A DNA stretch of 8,969 bases, taken from IMG/VR virus record IMGVR_UViG_2681813269_000011; one strand, given 5' to 3'. Below are positions 1 to 6,516 of the stretch, in pieces (the first letter of the stretch is position 1; each line of letters starts with the position of its first letter). The position numbers were made by a program, and so were the translations under genes. The notes beneath the pieces are model-generated. The model ran no database searches, had not been told where the DNA came from, and saw only the letters and a list, made by a program, of their open reading frames with translations. The DNA comes from a virus (Duplodnaviria; Heunggongvirae; Uroviricota; Caudoviricetes).

Positions 1-1630
1 CCTTCACGCCGTCGGTGACGGACTGGACCTCCACGCTGACCGGATTCCCCTGCCCGTCAACCAGGCTTATCAGCGTGGTGCCGGAGGATGGCAGCGTGAT
101 TTCACGGTCGAGCGTCAGCGTCCGGGTCTGGCTGTTTACCGCCAGCACGCGCCCGCCGATGCGGATACCGGCATAGTCATCATCGCAGATTTCAATGACA
201 TCGCCCGGTACATGACGAAGCCCTTCAGCACCCACGCTGAAATCCACGGTCTGCGTCTCCAGCAGTTCCGTTTTAATCAGCCACAGCCCGGCGCGGTGTG
301 CCTGCCCCCGGCTGGTACAGCCAAAGGCATCCATCTTCGTGACGTTACGACCGTAACGGGCAATGGCCTGCGTGTCCTCCACAAGCTCTGTTGCCGTCTC
401 CCAGCCGTTGTTCGGGTCAATCCAGTTCACCTCAACGGCATTATGGCGGTCTTTCAGGGCGCTGAAACTGTAGCGGAACGGCGCGCCATCATCCGGCATC
501 ACCACATTACTGCGGTTATAGGTCCACACCTTATCCGATGGTCGGTCCTGCACGAACGTCAGCGTCTGCCCGTTCCATACCGGCATACAGCGCATCGCCG
601 AGCAGAAATCACTGAGCACATCCCACGCCTTACGCTGTGTGGTCAGGTACGCATTACAGGTGATGCGCGGCTCCGTGCCGCCAAAACCGTCCGGCACCGA
701 CTGGTCACAGTACTGGCCGATGACATACAGCGCCCATTTATCCACATCTGCCGCACCAAGACGTTTCCCCATGCCGTAGCGCGGATGGGTCAGCATATCC
801 CACAGACACCAGGCCATGTTGTTGCTGTATGCCGGTTTAAACGTCCCGTCCCAGATACCGCTGTATTGCCGCGTCTGCGGGTTATAGTTCGACGGCACCT
901 GCAGAATGCGCCCGCGAAGATGATAATTACGGCTCACCTGCTGGCTGCCGAACTGCTCCGAATCCACCTGCACGCCGACCAGTGCCGTGTTCGGGTAGCA
1001 CTGTTTCACATCGATGATTTCGGTGTATGACGACCAGAGCGTTTTGTTCTGCAGCTGGTCTGTGGTGCTGTCCGGTGTCATCCTGCGCATCCGGATATTA
1101 AACGGGCGCGGCGGCAGGTTATCCACCACCACCGAGGCCAGATACTGCGACGTGGTTTTGCCCTTAATGGTGATGTCTTTTTCTGTCACCCAGCCACCGT
1201 TACGTTGTATCTGAACCAGCAGGCGGACTTCCGACGGATTCCGGTCACCCTTTGAGGTGGTTTCCACCAGTGCCTGCACACCGAAGGTAAAGCGCAGACG
1301 GTCGATGTTTGCAGACGTGATGGTCCGGGTGATCGGCGTGTCGTATTTCACTTCCGTACCCAGCACCGTCTCGGAGCCGGAGGATTCAAATCCCTCCGGC
1401 GGTGACTGCTCCTGCTCACCGGCCCGGAACACCACCGTGACGCCGGATATATTGGTATTCCCCTCACTGTCCAGCACCGGCGTACTGTTCAGCAGCACGC
1501 TTTTTAATCCATCCACCGGACCTTCAACCGGCCCTTCGCTGATGGCATCGATCACACTCAGCAGCTGCGTGGACTTCAGGTTGTCCTTCGCTTCGCGCGG
1601 GGTATGCCCCTTACTGCTGCCTTTACCCAT
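1..1630 (-). CDS. J: Tail-tip host-specificity protein J, copy A, N-terminal 543 codons; 3' end continues beyond the left window edge
   Basis: ATG at 1628-1630 (minus strand) with GGAG 8 nt upstream (ctcc at 1639-1642 on plus). Collinear with copy B at offset 2764. I hand-checked this frame from 1031 to position 2 and found no stop. Absent from the ORF track because no stop lies inside the window. Carries allele [11 protein letters not shown] like copy C, not ISTGG like copy B. Confidence 0.85.
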   Translation of the reverse strand, partial: MGKGSSKGHTPREAKDNLKSTQLLSVIDAISEGPVEGPVDGLKSVLLNSTPVLDSEGNTNISGVTVVFRAGEQEQSPPEGFESSGSETVLGTEVKYDTPITRTITSANIDRLRFTFGVQALVETTSKGDRNPSEVRLLVQIQRNGGWVTEKDITIKGKTTSQYLASVVVDNLPPRPFNIRMRRMTPDSTTDQLQNKTLWSSYTEIIDVKQCYPNTALVGVQVDSEQFGSQQVSRNYHLRGRILQVPSNYNPQTRQYSGIWDGTFKPAYSNNMAWCLWDMLTHPRYGMGKRLGAADVDKWALYVIGQYCDQSVPDGFGGTEPRITCNAYLTTQRKAWDVLSDFCSAMRCMPVWNGQTLTFVQDRPSDKVWTYNRSNVVMPDDGAPFRYSFSALKDRHNAVEVNWIDPNNGWETATELVEDTQAIARYGRNVTKMDAFGCTSRGQAHRAGLWLIKTELLETQTVDFSVGAEGLRHVPGDVIEICDDDYAGIRIGGRVLAVNSQTRTLTLDREITLPSSGTTLISLVDGQGNPVSVEVQSVTDGVK

Positions 1631-1640
1631 TCGTCATGCT

Positions 1641-1672
1641 CCATAAACGACAAAACCGCCCGGAGGCGGTTT
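1641..1672 (-). terminator. Terminator-like hairpin in I-J intergenic region (copy A): stem aaaccgcc/ggcggttt, 4-nt loop, then TTTTGTCGTTT on minus strand
   Basis: Stem 1653-1660 pairs with 1665-1672; the minus-strand transcript would read AAACCGCC-UCCG-GGCGGUUU-UGUCGUUUAUGG, running into the J Shine-Dalgarno. Short GC core (5 bp), so terminator function is uncertain. Confidence 0.3.
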
Positions 1673-1690
1673 CACATAAAACATTTTGCA

Positions 1691-1705
1691 TCAGCGACCA
1701 ATCAC
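1691..1705 (-). pseudogene. I: Orphan remnant of I: last 4 codons plus stop (VIGR*), cut off at breakpoint 1705/1706
   Basis: Minus strand reads gtg att ggt cgc tga, identical to the end of intact I (4455-4469); upstream sequence (1706 onward) is unrelated in this orientation. Confidence 0.6.
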
Positions 1706-1914
1706 TGGCACCGAAAGCCAGAACTCCCCGTACACAGACAACGGATAACGGCAAACAGAACACCTATTTCTCCTCACTGGATAACATGGTTGCCCAGGGC
1801 AATGTTCTGCCGGTTCTGTACGGTGAAATGCGCGTGGGGTCACGCGTGGTTTCTCAGGAGATCAGCACGGCAGACGAAGGGGACGGTGGTCAGGTTGTGG
1901 TGATTGGTCGCTGA
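1706..1914 (+). pseudogene. I: I 3' fragment (about the last 69 codons) in inverted, plus-strand orientation
   Basis: Plus-strand translation ends ...APKARTPRTQTTDNGKQNTYFSSLDNMVAQGNVLPVLYGEMRVGSRVVSQEISTADEGDGGQVVVIGR*, the C-terminus of the intact I at 4455-4663 on the opposite strand. Lacks the I start; ORF-track ORF 1636-1914 begins at an ATG in antisense intergenic DNA. Confidence 0.85.
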
Positions 1915-1932
1915 TGCAAAATGTTTTATGTG

Positions 1933-1964
1933 AAACCGCCTCCGGGCGGTTTTGTCGTTTATGG
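1933..1964 (+). terminator. Inverted copy of the I-J intergenic hairpin, now on the plus strand upstream of the plus-strand J fragment
   Basis: aaaccgcc (1933-1940), loop tccg, ggcggttt (1945-1952), then tgtcgtttatgg; mirror image of 1641-1672. Confidence 0.3.
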
Positions 1965-1974
1965 AGCATGACGA

Positions 1975-2574
1975 ATGGGTAAAGGCAGCAGTAAGGGGCA
2001 TACCCCGCGCGAAGCGAAGGACAACCTGAAGTCCACGCAGCTGCTGAGTGTGATCGATGCCATCAGCGAAGGGCCGGTTGAAGGTCCGGTGGATGGATTA
2101 AAAAGCGTGCTGCTGAACAGTACGCCGGTGCTGGACAGTGAGGGGAATACCAATATATCCGGCGTCACGGTGGTGTTCCGGGCCGGTGAGCAGGAGCAGT
2201 CACCGCCGGAGGGATTTGAATCCTCCGGCTCCGAGACGGTGCTGGGTACGGAAGTGAAATACGACACGCCGATCACCCGGACCATCACGTCTGCAAACAT
2301 CGACCGTCTGCGCTTTACCTTCGGTGTGCAGGCACTGGTGGAAACCACCTCAAAGGGTGACCGGAATCCGTCGGAAGTCCGCCTGCTGGTTCAGATACAA
2401 CGTAACGGTGGCTGGGTGACAGAAAAAGACATCACCATTAAGGGCAAAACCACGTCGCAGTATCTGGCCTCGGTGGTGGTGGATAACCTGCCGCCGCGAC
2501 CGTTCAATATCCGGATGCGCAGGATGACACCGGACAGCACCACAGACCAGCTGCAGAACAAAACGCTCTGGTCG
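1975..2574 (+). pseudogene. J: J 5' fragment, codons 1-200, on the plus strand (inverted duplicate); ORF runs on into antisense J sequence to 2940
   Basis: ATG at 1975 with GGAG at 1963-1966; translation MGKGSSKGHTPREAKDNLKSTQLL...[11 protein letters not shown] is identical to the copy B N-terminus for 200 residues, then becomes antisense-derived sequence ([10 protein letters not shown]...). Confidence 0.85.
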
Positions 2575-4394
2575 CCGTCAAAGTGCGCCCCGTTATCCAC
2601 GATGGCTTCTTTTCCCGGTACATGCTGCACGGCAGTGATGGCATACGTGCCGTCATCGTTCTCACGGATACTCACGCAGCGGAACAGGCGCTGGCGCAGC
2701 GTCGGCAGCTTCAGCCCCCACACGCTGTATTCTGCAACGCCGTCAGGAACCCGGCTCACTTTCACCTTCACGCCGTCGGTGACGGACTGGACCTCCACGC
2801 TGACCGGATTGCCACTTCCGTCAACCAGGCTTATCAGCGTGGTACCGGAGGATGGCAGCGTGATTTCACGGTCGAGCGTCAGCGTCCGGGTCTGGCTGTT
2901 CACCGCCAGTACGCGACCACCGGTGCTGATACCGGCATAATCATCATCGCAGATTTCAATGACATCACCCGGTACATGGCGAAGCCCTTCTGCGCCCACG
3001 CTGAAGTCCACGGTCTGCGTTTCCAGCAGTTCTGTTTTAATCAGCCACAGCCCGGCGCGGTGTGCCTGCCCCCGGCTGGTACAGCCAAAGGCATCCATCT
3101 TCGTGACATTACGACCGTAACGGGCAATGGCCTGCGTATCCTCCACAAGCTCTGTCGCCGTCTCCCAGCCGTTATCTGGGTCAATCCAGTTCACCTCAAC
3201 GGCATTATGGCGGTCCTTCAGGGCGCTGAAGCTGTAGCGGAATGGTGCGCCATCATCCGGCATCACCACATTACTGCGGTTATAGGTCCACACCTTATCC
3301 GATGGTCGGTCCTGCACGAACGTCAGCGTCTGCCCGTTCCATACCGGCATACAGCGCATCGCCGAGCAGAAATCACTGAGCACATCCCACGCCTTGCGCT
3401 GTGTGGTCAGCCAGGCATTACAGGTGATGCGCGGCTCCGTGCTGCCAAAGCCGTCCGGCACCGACTGGTCACAGTACTGGCCGATGACATACAGCGCCCA
3501 TTTATCCACATCTGCCGCACCAAGACGTTTCCCCATGCCGTAGCGCGGATGAGTGAGCATGTCCCACAGACACCAGGCCATGTTGTTGCTGTATGCCGGT
3601 TTTAACGTTCCGTCCCAGATACCGCTGTATTGCCGCGTCTGCGGGTTATAGTTCGACGGCACCTGCAGAATGCGCCCGCGAAGATGATAATTACGGCTCA
3701 CCTGCTGGCTGCCGAACTGCTCCGAATCCACCTGCACGCCGACCAGTGCCGTGTTCGGGTAGCACTGTTTCACATCGATGATTTCGGTGTATGACGACCA
3801 GAGCGTTTTGTTCTGCAGCTGGTCTGTGGTGCTGTCCGGTGTCATCCTGCGCATCCGGATATTGAACGGTCGCGGCGGCAGGTTATCCACCACCACCGAG
3901 GCCAGATACTGCGACGTGGTTTTGCCCTTAATGGTGATGTCTTTTTCTGTCACCCAGCCACCGTTACGTTGTATCTGAACCAGCAGGCGGACTTCCGACG
4001 GATTCCGGTCACCCTTTGAGGTGGTTTCCACCAGTGCCTGCACACCGAAGGTAAAGCGCAGACGGTCGATGTTTGCAGACGTGATGGTCCGGGTGATCGG
4101 CGTGTCGTATTTCACTTCCGTACCCAGCACCGTCTCGGAGCCGGAGGATTCAAATCCCTCCGGCGGTGACTGCTCCTGCTCACCGGCCCGGAACACCACC
4201 GTGACGCCGGATATATTGGTATTCCCCTCACTGTCCAGCACCGGCGTACTGTTCAGCAGCACGCTTTTTAATCCATCCACCGGACCTTCAACCGGCCCTT
4301 CGCTGATGGCATCGATCACACTCAGCAGCTGCGTGGACTTCAGGTTGTCCTTCGCTTCGCGCGGGGTATGCCCCTTACTGCTGCCTTTACCCAT
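2391..4394 (-). CDS. J: Tail-tip host-specificity protein J, copy B, disrupted: authentic J residues 1-610 followed by 57 antisense-derived residues
   Basis: 667-aa ORF starting MGKGSSKGHTPREAKDNLKSTQLLSVIDAISEGP, which is the lambda gpJ N-terminus as I recall it. Matches J through ...GAHFDGDQS, then reads VLFCSWSVV..., which equals antisense ORF 1014-1214. Breakpoint within 2564-2574. Native RBS GGAG 8 nt upstream (ctcc at 4403-4406). Confidence 0.9.
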   Translation of the reverse strand: MGKGSSKGHTPREAKDNLKSTQLLSVIDAISEGPVEGPVDGLKSVLLNSTPVLDSEGNTNISGVTVVFRAGEQEQSPPEGFESSGSETVLGTEVKYDTPITRTITSANIDRLRFTFGVQALVETTSKGDRNPSEVRLLVQIQRNGGWVTEKDITIKGKTTSQYLASVVVDNLPPRPFNIRMRRMTPDSTTDQLQNKTLWSSYTEIIDVKQCYPNTALVGVQVDSEQFGSQQVSRNYHLRGRILQVPSNYNPQTRQYSGIWDGTLKPAYSNNMAWCLWDMLTHPRYGMGKRLGAADVDKWALYVIGQYCDQSVPDGFGSTEPRITCNAWLTTQRKAWDVLSDFCSAMRCMPVWNGQTLTFVQDRPSDKVWTYNRSNVVMPDDGAPFRYSFSALKDRHNAVEVNWIDPDNGWETATELVEDTQAIARYGRNVTKMDAFGCTSRGQAHRAGLWLIKTELLETQTVDFSVGAEGLRHVPGDVIEICDDDYAGISTGGRVLAVNSQTRTLTLDREITLPSSGTTLISLVDGSGNPVSVEVQSVTDGVKVKVSRVPDGVAEYSVWGLKLPTLRQRLFRCVSIRENDDGTYAITAVQHVPGKEAIVDNGAHFDGDQSVLFCSWSVVLSGVILRIRILNGRGGRLSTTTEARYCDVVLPLMVMSFSVTQPPLRCI

Positions 4395-4404
4395 TCGTCA
4401 TGCT

Positions 4405-4436
4405 CCATAAACGACAAAACCGCCCGGAGGCGGTTT
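4405..4436 (-). terminator. Terminator-like hairpin in the native I-J intergenic region, followed by U-rich tract overlapping the J RBS
   Basis: Stem 4417-4424 pairs with 4429-4436, loop cgga; on the minus strand this is followed by TTTTGTCGTTTATGG. Same element as 1641-1672. Confidence 0.3.
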
Positions 4437-4454
4437 CACATAAAACATTTTGCA

Positions 4455-5126
4455 TCAGCGACCAATCACCACAACCTGACCACCGTCCCCTTCGTCTGCC
4501 GTGCTGATCTCCTGAGAAACCACGCGTGACCCCACGCGCATTTCACCGTACAGAACCGGCAGAACATTGCCCTGGGCAACCATGTTATCCAGTGAGGAGA
4601 AATAGGTGTTCTGTTTGCCGTTATCCGTTGTCTGTGTACGGGGAGTTCTGGCTTTCGGTGCCAGCATCTGCGCCACACCACCGAGCACCATACTGGCACC
4701 GAGAGAAAACAGGATGCCGGTCATACCACCGGTCCCAATGGCTGCCCCCCATGCTGCAAGGGTGGCTCCGGCGGTAAAGAATGATCCGGCAATGGCGGCA
4801 GCCCCCAGGACAATCTGGAATACGCCACCTGACTTGGCCCCGGCGACTCTGGGAACAATATGAATCACAGCGCCATCAGGCAGAGTCTCATGTAACTGCG
4901 CCGTTAACCCGGACGTGCTGACGTCCCGCCCGGCAATCCGTACCTGATACCAGCCGTCGCTCAGTTTCTGACGAAACGCCGGGAGCTGTGTGGCCAGTGC
5001 CCGGATGGCTTCAGCCCCCGTTTTCACACGAAGGTCGATGCGGCGACCAAATCGTTGTAAATCCCCGTAAAGGCAGATGCGCGCCATGCCCGGTGACGCC
5101 AGAGGGAGTGTGTGCGTCGCTGCCAT
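4455..5126 (-). CDS. I: Tail assembly protein I (gpI-like, 223 aa)
   Basis: Intact 223-aa ORF MAATHTLPLASPGMARICLYGDLQRFGRRIDLRV...GGQVVVIGR matching lambda gpI as recalled, with Gly/Ala-rich hydrophobic central segment. Overlaps the K 3' end by 103 nt and lies 60 nt upstream of J. Confidence 0.95.
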   Translation of the reverse strand: MAATHTLPLASPGMARICLYGDLQRFGRRIDLRVKTGAEAIRALATQLPAFRQKLSDGWYQVRIAGRDVSTSGLTAQLHETLPDGAVIHIVPRVAGAKSGGVFQIVLGAAAIAGSFFTAGATLAAWGAAIGTGGMTGILFSLGASMVLGGVAQMLAPKARTPRTQTTDNGKQNTYFSSLDNMVAQGNVLPVLYGEMRVGSRVVSQEISTADEGDGGQVVVIGR

Positions 5127-5767
5127 TTGTCGGTGTACCTCTCTCGTTTGCTCAGTTGTTCAGGAATATGGTGCAGCAGCTCGCCGTCGCCGCAGTAAAT
5201 TGCGGCGTGATTCGGCACTGATGAACCAAAACAGCACAGCAGCACATCGCCCGGCTGTGCCGCTGACAACGGCACCTGATACAGCCCCGTCGCCTCCAGA
5301 TTATCCAGATAGAGATTCTGGCCGTTACGCCACCAGTCATCCTCACGATAAAAGTCCGGCATCTCAATCCCCGCCAGATGATAAGCATCCCGGAACAGTG
5401 TGTAACAGTCCGTCACACCGTGCTCAAAGCGCCGCCCGGTGAGATGCGGCACACAGCGGAACTTATGAATCGTCCCCCGGCAGACCAGCCACCACGGCAA
5501 ATCACTCTGCACCTGCAGCCGCCGGTCGGCCTCACTCAGCCAGGGCAGACCACCGGGGTGGCTGTGGACCAGCGCCACAATCTCACCCTGCATTTCTGCC
5601 TGCAGCCAGTCTTCCGGCGACATACGGAAATACGCCTCCGGCTCACCGGAGATATTCACGCAGGGAAAATATCTTTCCCCCTCCGGCGTGCTTACCACGA
5701 AGCCGCACGACTCCGCTGGCGCACATCGCCGGGCGTGCGCCAGAATCGCTGATTCTGTCTGTGTCAT
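5024..5767 (-). CDS. K: Tail assembly protein K (gpK-like) with JAMM/MPN and NlpC/P60 signatures
   Basis: 247-aa ORF MTQTESAILAHARRCAPAESCGFVV... with an exact JAMM motif H68-x-H70-x7-S78-x2-D81 (HSHPGGLPWLSEAD) and NlpC/P60-type Cys121 (GVTDCYTLF) and His187 (NHAAIY). Start is 5 nt after the L stop. Confidence 0.93.
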   Translation of the reverse strand: MTQTESAILAHARRCAPAESCGFVVSTPEGERYFPCVNISGEPEAYFRMSPEDWLQAEMQGEIVALVHSHPGGLPWLSEADRRLQVQSDLPWWLVCRGTIHKFRCVPHLTGRRFEHGVTDCYTLFRDAYHLAGIEMPDFYREDDWWRNGQNLYLDNLEATGLYQVPLSAAQPGDVLLCCFGSSVPNHAAIYCGDGELLHHIPEQLSKRERYTDKWQRRTHSLWRHRAWRASAFTGIYNDLVAASTFV

Positions 5768-5772
5768 GGGAT

Positions 5773-6471
5773 TTACTGCGAAAGTTTGTTAATGGAAAGG
5801 AAGCCGCCAAAGTTGCCGACGTTATTGCGGAACTTACAACCGCTCAGGCATTTGCTGCATTTATCCTTCGTGATATCGGACGTTGGCTGGTCATATTCAT
5901 CCGCGACAGCCGGACCGCTATAACCGCACTCGTCACCGCGATAGGTCCAGGTGCAGGTATTGGCCAGCATGATACGTCCCGGAAAAACAGCGCCATCCGT
6001 TTCCGTCGGCGTGGACAGTACAAAGGAGGCACTCACCGCGCTCAGTTCGCTGCACTGCTCAATGCGCCAGCGGCTGATCACCTCCTGCTCCGGATCGGCG
6101 TAACTGTTTCCGTTGACGAAGTTCACCGCATCCAGAAAACGGGCGTAAACCTTACGCCGGACCACCGTTCCGCCGACCAGACTCTGCAGATCTTCCGCCA
6201 TCCCGGTGACCATACCGTACAGGTTAGAAACCGTCAGCGTGGGGCGCGTACTGGTGCCTTTGCCATTCAGTTCAAAACCGCTCCCCTGAATGGGATACGG
6301 CTGATACTGTCGCCCCTGCCAGGTGACCGGCTCACCTTTTTCGTTCTGCTCATTACAGAAAAAATAACGTTCTCCACCGACCTCTGTCAGGTCGATTTCC
6401 CAGAGCACCACGCTGGCCGACTGCTCCGCACGGGTGCATTCATTCAGTGTTTCCTGCCGGATATCCTGCAT
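5773..6471 (-). CDS. L: Tail tip protein L (gpL-like, 232 aa)
   Basis: 232-aa ORF MQDIRQETLNECTRAEQSASVVLWEIDLTEVGGERYFFCNEQNEKGEP... ending in the Cys-rich motif DKCSKCLSGCKF, matching lambda gpL as recalled. ATG overlaps the upstream stop by 1 nt (TGATG); AGGTGG lies 7 nt upstream. Confidence 0.95.
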   Translation of the reverse strand: MQDIRQETLNECTRAEQSASVVLWEIDLTEVGGERYFFCNEQNEKGEPVTWQGRQYQPYPIQGSGFELNGKGTSTRPTLTVSNLYGMVTGMAEDLQSLVGGTVVRRKVYARFLDAVNFVNGNSYADPEQEVISRWRIEQCSELSAVSASFVLSTPTETDGAVFPGRIMLANTCTWTYRGDECGYSGPAVADEYDQPTSDITKDKCSKCLSGCKFRNNVGNFGGFLSINKLSQ

Positions 6472-6516
6472 CAGTTCACCACCTGTTCAAACTCTGCGCT
6501 GAACTCAACACGCAGC
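6471..6516 (-). pseudogene. M: M 3' remnant, last ~15 codons only ([14 protein letters not shown])
   Basis: Minus-strand frame ending at TGA (6471-6473) reads ...[14 protein letters not shown], which I recall as the C-terminus of lambda gpM (109 aa). Homology stops abruptly at about 6516/6517, where J-derived sequence begins in another frame. Boundary is +/-3 nt because it is inferred from the protein. Confidence 0.6.

Larger units (their letters stand above)
1031..1705. repeat. Left arm of 675-bp inverted repeat (J codons 200-1, I-J intergenic, last 5 codons of I)
   Basis: Position x pairs with 3605-x. The identical 129-aa ORFs at 1257-1646 (+) and 1959-2348 (-) are a direct readout. Arms differ at two or more sites (1100 and 1106 vs 2505 and 2499). 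Confidence 0.9.
1900..2574. repeat. Right arm of 675-bp inverted repeat (last 5 codons of I, I-J intergenic, J codons 1-200, plus orientation)
   Basis: Reverse complement of 1031-1705 apart from a few substitutions; at the two A/B-discriminating sites checked it carries the copy B alleles. Confidence 0.9.

Noticed and set aside
212-1030. Plus-strand ORFs 212-1030 (272 aa), 2583-3605 (340 aa) and 7529-7960 (143 aa)
   Set aside because: Antisense shadows of the three J copies. They are near-identical to each other only because J is repeated, and they differ in length through single substitutions that create stops, the opposite of what selection on a real gene would give.
1257-1646. 129-aa ORF present three times with identical protein (1257-1646 +, 1959-2348 -, 4021-4410 +), which looks like a conserved small gene
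   Set aside because: All three lie antisense to the first ~130 codons of J. The triplication just reflects the J copies and the inverted repeat. The protein is S/T/P-rich and low-complexity, with no independent start signals.
1031-2574. Site-specific invertible host-range switch (Gin/Cin/Pin-type G-segment or shufflon) as an explanation for the inverted segment
   Set aside because: No recombinase gene in the window. The inverted unit holds the J 5' end and I 3' end, not alternative tail-fibre C-termini. One junction is an 11-bp microhomology inside coding sequence and the other is essentially blunt, not a pair of matching crossover sites. The arms are duplicated, not simply flipped.
4455-6471. 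Hidden non-phage cargo (defence, toxin-antitoxin or moron gene) nested in the L-K-I block
   Set aside because: L, K and I are contiguous with 5-nt gaps or overlaps, leaving no room for an insert. The small ORFs inside them (4466-4699, 4526-4777, 4606-4863, 4988-5221, 5077-5442, 5152-5388, 5378-5752, 5844-6032) are all out-of-frame or antisense shadows with no start signals.
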